The position numbers were made by a program, and so were the translations under genes. This document shows, piece by piece, positions 51,104-61,256 of a stretch of 64,000 bases of DNA. The stretch lies in NCBI GenBank assembly GCA_000146465.1, contig CP001943.1; one strand, written 5' to 3'. Position 1 is the first letter of the stretch. The number at the start of each line of letters is the position of its first letter. The notes under the pieces are model-generated. The model did no database searches. It was not told where the DNA came from and worked only from the letters and a program-made list of their open reading frames with translations.

Positions 51104-51388
51104 CTATTGTTTTCGCTTCATCATAAGCCGGAACTTATCAAACGGTTGCCAGTACCCCACATTCAAATACATGTTGTCCAAATAATATCCATTCATCCGT
51201 TTTATTGCCTTCCTAGCCCCAGACACTCGGTCGTAAACCACAAATGCACTTCCTGCCGTACTCTTCTCCACTCCTATTCTTATCTGTATCACTCTTCCAT
51301 AGTCTCCAAATAACTCTATTATCTTGTCCTTGGATATGTCCTTTGGCAAGTTTCGAACAAACAGAATCTGTGTTTCGATCTGCTCCAT
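51104..51388 (-). CDS. Splicing factor SF3b 14 kDa subunit (SF3B6/p14) RRM protein
   Basis: ILFVRNLPKDISKDKIIELFGDYGRVIQIRIGVEKSTAGSAFVVYDRVSGARKAIKRMNGY matches p14 ([53 protein letters not shown]). Confidence 0.75.
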   Translation of the reverse strand: MEQIETQILFVRNLPKDISKDKIIELFGDYGRVIQIRIGVEKSTAGSAFVVYDRVSGARKAIKRMNGYYLDNMYLNVGYWQPFDKFRLMMKRKQ

Positions 51389-51506
51389 CCTAGCCCTGTT
51401 TCTTTCTGCTCATTTATTTCTCTTTGGAAAGAAAGACATACCAAATCTTTATTCTATCTCTCACATGTCCTCTAAGGCTATGCCAGCCCCAGGAATCAAA
51501 TTCTAA

Positions 51507-51577
51507 GGCTTGTTAGTTTAGTGGCAAAACGACTGATTCGTAATCAGTAGACGCGAGTTCGATTCTCGCACGAGCCT
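51507..51577 (+). tRNA. tRNA-Thr (anticodon CGU)
   Basis: GGCTTGT-TA-GTTT-AGTGGCA-AAAC-G-ACTGA-TTCGTAA-TCAGT-AGAC-GCGAG-TTCGATT-CTCGC-ACGAGCC-T; acceptor and stems pair; U33 and A37 flank the anticodon CGT. Confidence 0.85.
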
Positions 51578-51581
51578 TTTG
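51577..51581 (+). terminator. Pol III oligo-T terminator immediately after tRNA-Thr
   Basis: cgagccTTTTg directly follows the acceptor end. Confidence 0.5.
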
Positions 51582-51613
51582 TTCAACCAAATATTTTCGA
51601 AGATCATGTCTTT

Positions 51614-52624
51614 CTATCTTCTTATCTCATACCTCCCACTCGCCATGCTGTATCTAATCCAAAAACACACCCCTGGATTTTCAACACATTCAGCCCTTTC
51701 CACTCTTACTTTTGAATCCTTCCACTCCTTTATGTAGAAGTTCACCATTATAGGCCGCAGATCCTCATATTCCTCAAACAGATCCACCCGATAATCTATC
51801 CTTTCTCTTCTTATAACCTGCTTTGTGAAAGTCCATCTTAGTAAATCATTCTCTTCGTCATAGATGCTTTTTCCCGACCTATGGCTCTTCACAACCTTAG
51901 ATGCCATTTTTGGAATCGGGAAACACACTTCGAGCCTGTCAAATCTTGTAGGACTTGGACAGCTTAGAATGTACCCTCCATCAATCTTGCTAATCATCAC
52001 AAGAGGATCTTTTGCATCCGAAGACCAATACCTAACTGCTTCGAGTTTACTTCCCTGGACCTTTGCACTCACTCTTATACCTTCAAGCCCCTCAGAAACT
52101 TGCTGGTAGTTCTTGTAGGCAATTGTACATGGTTTCAGGCTACAAACATCAAACTCCACAGTTCTTTCCTCCCCAAATGATGCATTCAAGTAGCACCTTC
52201 CATCAATTCTGTTCAGGATTGTCTTTTCCTTCTCGATTATGGCACTCAGATCCTCAGACACATCGAGATATACATTGTTACTGGTTATAGACGGAATAAG
52301 TTTCTTTCCACCATCAAATAATACAACACTCTCCTGCTTATTTATTATCCTAAGCAGACTAAAATAATTCTCTAGAACGTTCTTCTCATTAATCTCCCCT
52401 AACTTCTTCTCGAGTTTCTTGCATAGCCTTTGGATGTATTCTAGCACCGAGAAGTCACATCCAAGGCTGTGTAAGATTCCTATCTTGACATCATTCATCC
52501 CCACTTGCACCATCCGAGCTCCTCCAACATCATCCACAGGATATCGGGCCTCTTTCTTATATCTGCTAGGATCTCCGTACAAGACTCGGTCCCCTTCTCC
52601 AACTATAAATATCTCCTCTATCAT
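51614..52624 (-). CDS. Clathrin-adaptor (AP complex) mu subunit, short form
   Basis: N-terminal longin-like MIEEIFIVGEGDRVLYGD; C-terminus FWIRYSMASGRYEIRR parallels mu-homology domain end (KWVRYIGRSGIYETRC). Confidence 0.65.
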   Translation of the reverse strand: MIEEIFIVGEGDRVLYGDPSRYKKEARYPVDDVGGARMVQVGMNDVKIGILHSLGCDFSVLEYIQRLCKKLEKKLGEINEKNVLENYFSLLRIINKQESVVLFDGGKKLIPSITSNNVYLDVSEDLSAIIEKEKTILNRIDGRCYLNASFGEERTVEFDVCSLKPCTIAYKNYQQVSEGLEGIRVSAKVQGSKLEAVRYWSSDAKDPLVMISKIDGGYILSCPSPTRFDRLEVCFPIPKMASKVVKSHRSGKSIYDEENDLLRWTFTKQVIRRERIDYRVDLFEEYEDLRPIMVNFYIKEWKDSKVRVERAECVENPGVCFWIRYSMASGRYEIRR

Positions 52625-52688
52625 CGGTTTTATTTACTTCCCGAAAATTAAGATATCTCCGCTGTTTACATGTTTTGTTTCAGGCCAT

Positions 52689-54344
52689 CTAGAGCCCATC
52701 GCGGATTCCCCGGAAGAAGGAGCATATTCTTTTCAAGTAGTGTTTAAGATTCTGAGGAAGTCTGTTGTCGATTGGAAAAACTCTCTCTTTGTACCGGACC
52801 ATAAGATCTTCACATAGAACCTCAAATCTTTCTCCATCGTTCATCAAAAACAGGAAACTCAGTCCATTTCTTATGCACCATCCTGTGTTTTCGATGTAAT
52901 CATAGAGTGTTCTGTTTCTGATGCTCATCTCACTCACTTGAGATATGTATGACATCGAAAATTGCTGGTGTGAGGAACAGTCCACCAGTACAGGTGATTC
53001 CCTCAAAAACCAACATACCTCCCTGTCTATTGCCTCACATCTGGCTTTCATCCCCATAATGGTTTCGTATAAGAAGTCTGGAATCTTTTCCGAATACTTC
53101 TTTTCCCCAGCCAAATAAATCACTTCATACCCTTTGCCTCGAGTTTTCAAAGTAAACTCTCTCGTAACATACACAAACCCTCCGGAAAACATGTAATAGA
53201 ACTTGTTTCCACCATTGTCGATTATTATCTTGGGAATTCTTTCCCTCATCATTTTCACATGTCCTGTGAGGAGACTTAAGGCCTTCAAACCTCCATTTGT
53301 GACAAATACAGGCTCGGTTTCTTCGTTCCCAATAAACACAGAGTATATAAACTCCTCCCCACATAAACACTTTTCCTCCCCATGTCTTCTTCCACTTCCA
53401 TGCCTTTCTTTTTTTCTAGCCACTATCCGGGCATCTCCTAGTTCAACCAGATCTCTGGTCTTCTTCATAACTCCATATCTTGTATTCTTCTCAAAGTTGG
53501 GGAGATCTCTGAAATCTTCGCATCTAGGTATAAACCTACTAAAGCTTTCATGCATAAGCGCCTCGCTTGCACTAATCCTCTTGTTGGCATCCTTCTCAAG
53601 CAACTTTCCAAGAAGATCTTTAAGTTCCTTAGAACACTCCAAAGAACTCAAGGATTCATAAAACTTTTTCTTCGTAAGAAGTACATAAAACACTATTCCC
53701 GCAGACCATATATCAACCCCCTGGGAGTATTTCCTTCCCTCAATCACTTCAGGTGCAAGGTAGTCCATTGTCCCACAGAATTCATTGCTGTTTTCCTCCG
53801 CATAGCAGGAGAGCCCAAAGTCACAAATTTTCACTGTATTTCCCTTTAGAAGTATATTTCCCAGCTTCAAGTCTCTGTGGATAACTCCCATGGAATGTAT
53901 GTGTCTCAATCCGCACAGTATCATCCTCAATATCTTCAAGGCTACATCTTCATCAACCTCATACTCATTGAGAAACGAGACAAGATTCAGATCGCACAGC
54001 TCTTCAACTATATACACATGGTTTGCAGATTCAAACTTGTCAACAACCTTAACAATATTTTCGTGGTGGAATGAGCTTAGCATTTTCATTTCTCTGTACA
54101 CCATTCCTCCCGACCTTCCTCGGCGGGATGCCACCTTCACAGCTACCTCCTCCCCAATTGCAGATACCCCGCCATATACTGTGCTTGATGCCCCTTCTCC
54201 AATCACTCGGTGAAGCTTGTACTTCTTCATCCCCTTCAGTCCCTCATTCCAAATAAAAAATCTGCTTTCCGATACTCTCGACATCAAATACAGAATAAAA
54301 TCATTTATTACACTCAGCCCAAATTCTATACAGAAAATAATCAT
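52689..54344 (-). CDS. Polo-like kinase (kinase domain plus C-terminal polo-box-like region)
   Basis: HRDLKLGNILLKGNTVKICDFGLS...FCGTMDYLAPEVI matches PLK (HRDLKLGNLFL...GDFGLA...CGTPNYIAPEVL); C-terminal 250 aa with two polo-box-like beta segments. First ATG overlaps the upstream stop (ATGA); true start may be Met at 54284 or 54230. Confidence 0.7.
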   Translation of the reverse strand: MIIFCIEFGLSVINDFILYLMSRVSESRFFIWNEGLKGMKKYKLHRVIGEGASSTVYGGVSAIGEEVAVKVASRRGRSGGMVYREMKMLSSFHHENIVKVVDKFESANHVYIVEELCDLNLVSFLNEYEVDEDVALKILRMILCGLRHIHSMGVIHRDLKLGNILLKGNTVKICDFGLSCYAEENSNEFCGTMDYLAPEVIEGRKYSQGVDIWSAGIVFYVLLTKKKFYESLSSLECSKELKDLLGKLLEKDANKRISASEALMHESFSRFIPRCEDFRDLPNFEKNTRYGVMKKTRDLVELGDARIVARKKERHGSGRRHGEEKCLCGEEFIYSVFIGNEETEPVFVTNGGLKALSLLTGHVKMMRERIPKIIIDNGGNKFYYMFSGGFVYVTREFTLKTRGKGYEVIYLAGEKKYSEKIPDFLYETIMGMKARCEAIDREVCWFLRESPVLVDCSSHQQFSMSYISQVSEMSIRNRTLYDYIENTGWCIRNGLSFLFLMNDGERFEVLCEDLMVRYKERVFPIDNRLPQNLKHYLKRICSFFRGIRDGL

Positions 54345-56149
54345 CGGAAATGCTTTTCGTAATCAACTAATGCTATTCGGGTGTGTCTTCTAAACTTCAC
54401 ATCGAGTTCACAGTCTTGGGCTTTCTTTTTCTCGCTCTCTATCTCTTCCATTCTCTTTTCGGTGTCCAAATCATAAGGCTCTAATGCTTCACAGCCAAAC
54501 TCACCAAATAGCACCTCGGAAACATTTAAGTACCGGCCCTTGTACATTTCCTTAACAAGTTCCTCGTTCAGAATCTTCTTAGCCCCGAAGAGACACAAAA
54601 TCTTGTAGTGGCTATCTTTCGAGACTCCATCTCCAACAAGATCCATTAGAAGATACTGTATGTCTCTGTTTTCCGTTTCACAGAAGAGCACACGGAGTCT
54701 CCTCATTACTCTTTCCTTTACAAAAGGCTTGAGAGCTCGGCCCATAAAGTAATCTTTGGCTAGATACAATATCTTGCAGCAAAATCCCGCAGATTCCCCC
54801 GTTCCCGCTCCCAGGAGGAGCGTCATAAATTTTGGATTGGGAATCCAATCGGAATGAACAACAAAATACCTTTGGATTTCATCAAATATCGTGGTCCTGA
54901 GGTCTTCTGTGTACCCGCTAACTTCTTTGTCCTGAAGAATCTTCTTAAGGAACCTGTAAAATACATCGGATATCGGCTTACATTTCTCAAAATACTTTCT
55001 TACGTAAGGAATAATGAATGGAAGTTTACTATCGTCCCTAGAAAAGAACATCTCAAGGATGCTGAAAAAGCTTACCACTATTTCCTTCTGATTCAAGTGC
55101 AGCACTTCATATTCATTCAAAACACCTAGTGCTTCTCTAACAAGAAACTCGCATTCTCCAACTGCCTTGCTTCTTCCAATCTTCTTGTCTCTATGCACCC
55201 TTTTTCCTCTTTCCAAAATGTTCATATTGGCCTGAAGAATTATCTGTGGATAAAGATCAGGCCCAAGATATTCCGTCAGGGTTCCCACACAGGACTTCCC
55301 CATCCAACTTGCATTCTTCAGTACATAGTAGATGAGGCTATTTCCACTAATGATATTTGCCTTTCCTGCCACAGCCTTAAATATCTCCATTCTCTTGGAA
55401 CTGTTCACTTCTCCATGCTTCATGAGAGATCCTACAAGCCATTTGTACTTCTCATCATAGTCGATCCTCAGAATGTCCTCCATCCCCATAAGTGTGTGTA
55501 TAATCTCCAGGAAGAAATACTCAAACCTAGCATTTGATATCTCCCCTCCTTGTTCATCTCCATGCATCCTAAAGTCCCCTGCCTGCCTCCCCTCATCTTT
55601 CCAGACATTGGTAGTTTCGAGTACATTCTTTTCATTGTATTCCGCTTCATCATCCAAGGACAGACCTTCTGCTATTCCATCGGAATTTTTAACATCCTTC
55701 GCTGCCTGGGTAGCAATAAAAAGAATCTTTCGGATGTACCTCTCACTCTCGTATGCTCGGATCGGTACTGTCTTAAAGAAATACGTAAACACATCCAGAA
55801 ACTCCTGATGGTCCGAATACTCGAAATCCCCTTTTCTTTTCAGCTGCAGGATCTCCCGAATCACCCCAACAAATATCCTTATTATCCGAGACTCATAGCA
55901 GATCGAAACTCCTCTCAACTGATCGATAATTAGTCTTAGGACTTTCGATCCAGTTTTCAGTCTGTGTGTGCTGTATACCTCCTCTCCTGCCCTTATCTTC
56001 AGGTAGTCGAGTGTGCTTGGTATGGTGGATGTCCTCGACTTCAAGTATGTTATGAGTTTAGACAATTTCTCCTCACTTCCACTCCTCCCCTTGTATACAT
56101 CGTCAACCATCTGAAAGTGTTTTTCGTAGCCAAACAGTGCTCTTAACAT
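54341..56149 (-). CDS. Hypothetical helical-repeat protein, 602 aa
   Basis: Uninterrupted 1.8 kb ORF; N- and C-termini both carry a (F/V)(G/D)YEKHF(Q/R) motif; no known domain recognised. Confidence 0.5.
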   Translation of the reverse strand: MLRALFGYEKHFQMVDDVYKGRSGSEEKLSKLITYLKSRTSTIPSTLDYLKIRAGEEVYSTHRLKTGSKVLRLIIDQLRGVSICYESRIIRIFVGVIREILQLKRKGDFEYSDHQEFLDVFTYFFKTVPIRAYESERYIRKILFIATQAAKDVKNSDGIAEGLSLDDEAEYNEKNVLETTNVWKDEGRQAGDFRMHGDEQGGEISNARFEYFFLEIIHTLMGMEDILRIDYDEKYKWLVGSLMKHGEVNSSKRMEIFKAVAGKANIISGNSLIYYVLKNASWMGKSCVGTLTEYLGPDLYPQIILQANMNILERGKRVHRDKKIGRSKAVGECEFLVREALGVLNEYEVLHLNQKEIVVSFFSILEMFFSRDDSKLPFIIPYVRKYFEKCKPISDVFYRFLKKILQDKEVSGYTEDLRTTIFDEIQRYFVVHSDWIPNPKFMTLLLGAGTGESAGFCCKILYLAKDYFMGRALKPFVKERVMRRLRVLFCETENRDIQYLLMDLVGDGVSKDSHYKILCLFGAKKILNEELVKEMYKGRYLNVSEVLFGEFGCEALEPYDLDTEKRMEEIESEKKKAQDCELDVKFRRHTRIALVDYEKHFR

Positions 56150-56228
56150 TCCGGGGCAAATTATTTAGTTACTAATGACTGTGCTTTCGTCTGCATTTCC
56201 CTCTTACAAAATACGCTTGTTCTTTCTC

Positions 56229-56441
56229 TCATATCTTTGGATACATAAGCTTACCTTCCTCCGCTTCCTTGTATATTGCTTTTACCTTATCCTGCAAATC
56301 CTTGTTTACTTTGTCTAATCCTGCCGCTGTTTTCTCAATCGACTCCTCTATCTCCTTATACTTATGCTTGATTTCTTCTAGCAGTTCACTCTCGACCATT
56401 CCAATCATCTTCTCAGACTCGCTTAGCCGGTCAGATTCCAT
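56229..56441 (-). CDS. Possible small coiled-coil protein, 70 aa
   Basis: Charged heptad-like ORF in a 330-bp gap; could be non-coding. Confidence 0.3.
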   Translation of the reverse strand: MESDRLSESEKMIGMVESELLEEIKHKYKEIEESIEKTAAGLDKVNKDLQDKVKAIYKEAEEGKLMYPKI

Positions 56442-56485
56442 TAAGGGTAGGCAGAGTTCTTCAAATTCAGATATCCTGGAAGCCC

Positions 56486-57901
56486 TTGATGACCTTGATC
56501 AAACGGATTATTTCCAGAAATAAGTCTTGCTACATCCTCCAGGCAAATGAACAAACATTCCTCTTCGACTATCCATCGAGTATTTACGGAACACATTTTT
56601 CGTTTCCTTCCTTTGCCAAAGCACCAAAACCCCTAAAGCTCATCTTTCCGAAGTTTGTGGACAACATCGATCATATTCTGATCACTCGGTCAGACTCATT
56701 GGGTGTACTTTTTCTTGAAAAAGACATTCCCATATACATTACAGAGCCTGTGTTTGAACAGATTTTGATAAAGTACAAAAGTCTTCTCAAGATCCCGGCC
56801 TATTATGAAGATGAGGAGGACGAGGGTGTTTCCGTAGAAGACGCAGACGTCGAAAGATTCAGAAGAAACGCTAGATTTGTCAGATTTAACGAGAGATGTT
56901 ACTTCGATAATGTTTTGATCACTCCGCACCCCGCAGGAACATTTATTGGCTGGACGAACTACTTGATTGATATTGGAGATAAAAGAACCATATACTACCT
57001 CACCTCCTTGGCTAGCAAGACCAGACTTTCTTTGGAGGCTGGAGGTATCTCCTCAGACTACTTGATCATCAATACGGATTTCCCTCCTCCCTCTCATGAC
57101 ATTGAGGAGTTTTCTACTTACATTAATGACCTAGGGTCTGATGTTGCGATCGTGCCTTTAGAGATGACAACAATGCTTATCGAAGTTCTCCTCCACACGC
57201 TGTTTGTGACCCAAGCAAAGGGCACAATTCCAATATACGTTGTATCATCGGAGTTCGGCCGCCTTCACACAACCATCAGCATAGAAAACGAATGGCTAAG
57301 TAAACCGTTTTCATCGGCTAAGGAGCCTTTTCCAATCAGGTCATATAGAAGGTTCTATGCCGTAGACACCATCGATGAATTATCTGAGATTTCTGGGCCC
57401 GCAGTAGTATTTTGTGACCCATTAGAGTTTAGTCTTTATTCCCATCCGATCTTTGACAACCAGAAGATTATCTCTATTAATAATTCGGTGCCATTTGCGG
57501 ATGCTAACTACAATCTCAAGCTGGAGCTGGACCCCGAGGAGATTTCATCAATTCATACAGGAACAATAATACACAACCCAAACCCTGGAGAGTATCTTTA
57601 CATCGAGGCCATGCCTGGTCATTACTGTCTTGCTGTGGATGCTCGTAGTATCCAAGTATACACCAATGAAATATATTTGAACGGGAAGTTGAAGTTTAGC
57701 GACAAACATGGCTTTGGAAAGAAGATGGTATTTTCTCAGAAAAAGTGTAAGCTAAGCGATTTATTCAGCGCCAACAGATTCTTCTTTAGTGAAGGCTCAT
57801 ATTACTTTCCCCAAAAGGGTCTTAAGGTTACCATAGACAACAAAAAAGCCAAGATAAAGAAAATTATTGGGCTGAACAAAGCTAAAAGGACTTCCAAATA
57901 A
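56486..57901 (+). CDS. Hypothetical protein with metallo-beta-lactamase-fold-like N-terminus lacking HxHxDH (CPSF100/Cft2-like? weak)
   Basis: ILITRSDSLGVLFLEKDIPIYITEP resembles the MBL beta-strand/motif-2 region without the metal-binding His residues; 471 aa. Confidence 0.35.
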   Translation: MMTLIKRIISRNKSCYILQANEQTFLFDYPSSIYGTHFSFPSFAKAPKPLKLIFPKFVDNIDHILITRSDSLGVLFLEKDIPIYITEPVFEQILIKYKSLLKIPAYYEDEEDEGVSVEDADVERFRRNARFVRFNERCYFDNVLITPHPAGTFIGWTNYLIDIGDKRTIYYLTSLASKTRLSLEAGGISSDYLIINTDFPPPSHDIEEFSTYINDLGSDVAIVPLEMTTMLIEVLLHTLFVTQAKGTIPIYVVSSEFGRLHTTISIENEWLSKPFSSAKEPFPIRSYRRFYAVDTIDELSEISGPAVVFCDPLEFSLYSHPIFDNQKIISINNSVPFADANYNLKLELDPEEISSIHTGTIIHNPNPGEYLYIEAMPGHYCLAVDARSIQVYTNEIYLNGKLKFSDKHGFGKKMVFSQKKCKLSDLFSANRFFFSEGSYYFPQKGLKVTIDNKKAKIKKIIGLNKAKRTSK

Positions 57902-57935
57902 AAGACAATTCACTTTACACCACGTGAAATGCATG

Positions 57936-58679
57936 TCACATTCGATTGAAGTAGTCCTTTCTTCGGCGCAGTTCCCTCATTCTCTCTGATTCCGAGTCTT
58001 CGGTCAGTATTTTCCCCAGATTAAAGAAGGGATTGTATTCCATTTCGTCTCTCAGCCTTAGGAATCTCTTTCTCTTTATCTCTGGAGGTATGCAATAGAA
58101 CTCCTCGGTGAACTGAATATTCTGTTTGTTATAGTCATGTCCATATAGTAAAATGGCATTCTGGTCTACTCTTTCCATTATCTTCTTGATGGCTTGAACC
58201 ATTTGTTCCGGTGTTCCTTCAAAGAACTTTCCACAGCCTAGGAAGAACAATGTATCCCCTGTAGCAAGGAATTCCCCGCCAATGTAGTAGCAAAAACTAT
58301 CTACAGTATGGCAGGGTGTATACAGGCATTCTATCTCCACTTCTCCAAACTTGAATCTGTCTCCGCATTTACATATGCTTCCTTCAAATCCAGATATTCT
58401 TTTGGTCTCAGGGCTATTTTCTGCTATATACGGAATCCCATGCGAATGGTCTTGATGTCTGTGTGTGGTAAAGAGGTAGACAAGCTTTCTTCTCTTTTCC
58501 AAATCCTCTTCCATGCCTAGAATCTCGCTTTCGCTATATATCTTCTTTTTGAAATCCACTCCAAGAGCTTTCAGAAGTACCCGAGGGTTACATGCATCTA
58601 TGCAGAATGCAGAATCCCCCTCGTAGAATAGATGCATGTAGTTGTCTCCTATAACTATGCTTACAACTTCAATACCCAT
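57936..58679 (-). CDS. GLO2: Hydroxyacylglutathione hydrolase (glyoxalase II), metallo-beta-lactamase family
   Basis: TTHRHQDHSHG (THxHxDH metal-binding motif), downstream conserved His (YTPCHT) and Asp (ATGDTLF), GHDY near C-terminus; size 247 aa. Confidence 0.85.
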   Translation of the reverse strand: MGIEVVSIVIGDNYMHLFYEGDSAFCIDACNPRVLLKALGVDFKKKIYSESEILGMEEDLEKRRKLVYLFTTHRHQDHSHGIPYIAENSPETKRISGFEGSICKCGDRFKFGEVEIECLYTPCHTVDSFCYYIGGEFLATGDTLFFLGCGKFFEGTPEQMVQAIKKIMERVDQNAILLYGHDYNKQNIQFTEEFYCIPPEIKRKRFLRLRDEMEYNPFFNLGKILTEDSESERMRELRRRKDYFNRM

Positions 58680-58751
58680 GGCCTTAGGAACTTCTCTATT
58701 TTTAAATATAAGAATGCTTAGGCTTCAAAGCCTCGTAAGGATCAGCCGCAT

Positions 58752-61223
58752 CTATGTCTTTTCAGATAGTTGAGGTGTGTAAATTAAATGTGGTTCCTTA
58801 AATCCTCGGAAAATTCTCCTTCCCTGACTTATGTACATAATCTTCGAGTGCTTTGTCCACACACAATGGCAACAGAACACCCCGATCCCAAGATTCGCAA
58901 TCCGAGACGCCTTGTTGAGCACAGGGCCATAAAACCTTACATGGTTGTTCATTATCCTTGTATAGAAGGTCCCGCATGTTATCCCTATTCCAACATCAAT
59001 CCCTAGACACCTGAGCATTTCTTGAATCCTTATTCCCCACAGACAAGCCTCTACTCTGTCATGAAATGCAACAATCCATATTCTTGAGAAAAACTCAATC
59101 CGAGTTCCAGAAAACACATTGCTCATCATTCTCATTATATTCATAACATTCCCAATAACATATCTGTAGCTTGTGTCTTTTGGAATAAGCTTGCAGAATG
59201 CAAAAATAGGATTTGGATTAAGGAGAAGAGTACCGTAGAATTGCCTTGTGCTGCTTTTTCTCGCAAAGTTATAGTTTTCACTTCCCTGAACTCCATTTTC
59301 GTTCCCTTTTTTCCTAAGAATGCTTCTGATAACCGTCTCATATGATATCTTACTTGGAAGGTCAATTCTGGATATTAGCTCTACACTTGCCTTTGAGTTT
59401 TTGGGTAGTTTGGATGTGTTTGAGATTGCCATTACTGCAGAGAGAGGGCATTGGTGGCCTATGAAATCTAATACAAGGCCCAGATCATTCCTGACCGTAT
59501 CCAATATGTCAAATCTTGCAATACTTCCTTTGAAGCTGCAGAATAGAGGGATAAAATGCCAGTTTCCAATGTTGTCATACACCTCGACAACATCGGGGCC
59601 TTCGAGAATCTTAATCTCCGCAAAGTTGGAAAACACAACCTCAATCCCTCTTCCGTTAAGGATAACATGCTTGGGCGTCACCATGCACAATGCATATCCT
59701 ATTCTGGCTCCTCTTGCAAAAATCATCTTCCGAAGAAGAGAGCAAAACTTCTGAAAATATTCATAGGAATTAGAGGTTTCCTGTATTCTTACCTGGATAG
59801 TTTCAAGTATTTCAAAGACACCAGCCTCAAAGTCCCCCATAGATATAACGAGGAGTCTTCCATTGATTCCTTTAGGATGGACTATAAATCGTTCGATCTC
59901 CTTTTTCTTCTCTAAGCATTTGTGTACATTCTTTTCTATTCTATTCCCTCTAAAATCTTTTATAACATTTGTACCTTTTAGATTGAGGAACTTCAATTCC
60001 ATTTCTCCGTAATTCTCAAGGCTGACAAGCGGGTTGTACGAAAGATTCAGGTGCTCCAGATTTTTCCATTTTGCAAGGTTAAAAACCATTATCTGATTCT
60101 TGGAGGCATCGAGGAACCTGACTCCTTTGCTTGCTATTCCATGTATAAGGTTTCCAGAAATATCCAAGTACTCAAGAAATGGAAAAAAGGGAACTTCCTC
60201 TATAAAATTGTTTCTGGCCTTCAGGACTCTTAACTTCCTTGCATTAAACGACAAGAGACGTAGGCTGCAGAAATTTACACTCAGGAATACAAGATTTTCA
60301 AATGTTCCGAGACGGATTTCCTTTGTCCCATCTACAATCAGCTTCTTTGTTATTTGTGATTCCAATGACTTTAGCATTGTGTGGGATAGATTTAGTACCC
60401 TGGCTTCTGCATTGTAGTGTTCCAGGGGGTTGTGGCTCAGGTTCAAGTTCTGATATGTAGATTCTTGGAAGAATCTGGTTATCTCGTTATACGAAATGTC
60501 CAGATTCGACGCCTTCATCCTAATGACTCTGGTTATTTTGTTATGCGAAAGATTGACAGTGTTGAATTGGCCACAAACATACACTACTCCGGATATGTTG
60601 TTATGGCTTAGATCTAAATGTGTAAGCTTCATCATCGAAAGATCTGGGATCTTCTTGATATTGCAATTCACCATTCTAAGTTTCTTGAGTGCTGCAAATT
60701 TGGATTGGTCTTGTAACACCATCCTTGTAAAGGTCACATTTGCTACAGAGCTCCTTGGCTCAACCACCACCAATCTTCGTAAACTGCATATCCTTATCAA
60801 ATCCCCGTCCTTGTAAAGACATCGAAGAATGGGTCTGTCAAGGCCCTTCAGAACTTCCATTCGGTCTTCGTAGAGTACCCCTAAGACTCCTTTCCCTCCA
60901 ATCTTTCCCAACAAGTCTTTTGTTCTAGAGAAAATGGATCCGGTATATTCATATTCCTTGTCTTTAAAACCATAAACAGGGATGGTTATGGTGAAGTCAT
61001 CCAAGTAAACAAGCTCCGAAGAAAAGACATGTCTAATCTTTGTGGAAGTTATCCTTTTTTGGCTCTCAACTCTTCGAACCTCCAGCTCAATCTCCATAAA
61101 GGGTCTCGCAAAAATCAATTGATAATAGAGATCTTCATTAATATTTAGGTCATCTAAGGAAAGTCTATTTTGGTGTATTTGCCTCCTTTTAAAAACATCC
61201 ATTTCTAGATTCTCTGGGCCCAA
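58752..61223 (-). CDS. CYR1: Fungal-type adenylate cyclase: leucine-rich repeats, then a PP2C-like region, then a class III cyclase catalytic domain
   Basis: At least 12 LxxLxLxxN repeats (LTHLDLSHNNIS, LNLSHNPL, LEHLNLSYNPL...); C-terminus IGIGITCGTFYTRIMNNHVRFYGPVLNKASRIANLG matches class III cyclase (IGIHTG...GDTVNTASRMES); central 250 aa in the PP2C-like position. Confidence 0.65.
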   Translation of the reverse strand: MGPENLEMDVFKRRQIHQNRLSLDDLNINEDLYYQLIFARPFMEIELEVRRVESQKRITSTKIRHVFSSELVYLDDFTITIPVYGFKDKEYEYTGSIFSRTKDLLGKIGGKGVLGVLYEDRMEVLKGLDRPILRCLYKDGDLIRICSLRRLVVVEPRSSVANVTFTRMVLQDQSKFAALKKLRMVNCNIKKIPDLSMMKLTHLDLSHNNISGVVYVCGQFNTVNLSHNKITRVIRMKASNLDISYNEITRFFQESTYQNLNLSHNPLEHYNAEARVLNLSHTMLKSLESQITKKLIVDGTKEIRLGTFENLVFLSVNFCSLRLLSFNARKLRVLKARNNFIEEVPFFPFLEYLDISGNLIHGIASKGVRFLDASKNQIMVFNLAKWKNLEHLNLSYNPLVSLENYGEMELKFLNLKGTNVIKDFRGNRIEKNVHKCLEKKKEIERFIVHPKGINGRLLVISMGDFEAGVFEILETIQVRIQETSNSYEYFQKFCSLLRKMIFARGARIGYALCMVTPKHVILNGRGIEVVFSNFAEIKILEGPDVVEVYDNIGNWHFIPLFCSFKGSIARFDILDTVRNDLGLVLDFIGHQCPLSAVMAISNTSKLPKNSKASVELISRIDLPSKISYETVIRSILRKKGNENGVQGSENYNFARKSSTRQFYGTLLLNPNPIFAFCKLIPKDTSYRYVIGNVMNIMRMMSNVFSGTRIEFFSRIWIVAFHDRVEACLWGIRIQEMLRCLGIDVGIGITCGTFYTRIMNNHVRFYGPVLNKASRIANLGIGVFCCHCVWTKHSKIMYISQGRRIFRGFKEPHLIYTPQLSEKT

Positions 61224-61256
61224 AATCTATCTACCCACAGCTGTTTCAAGGAGTGC

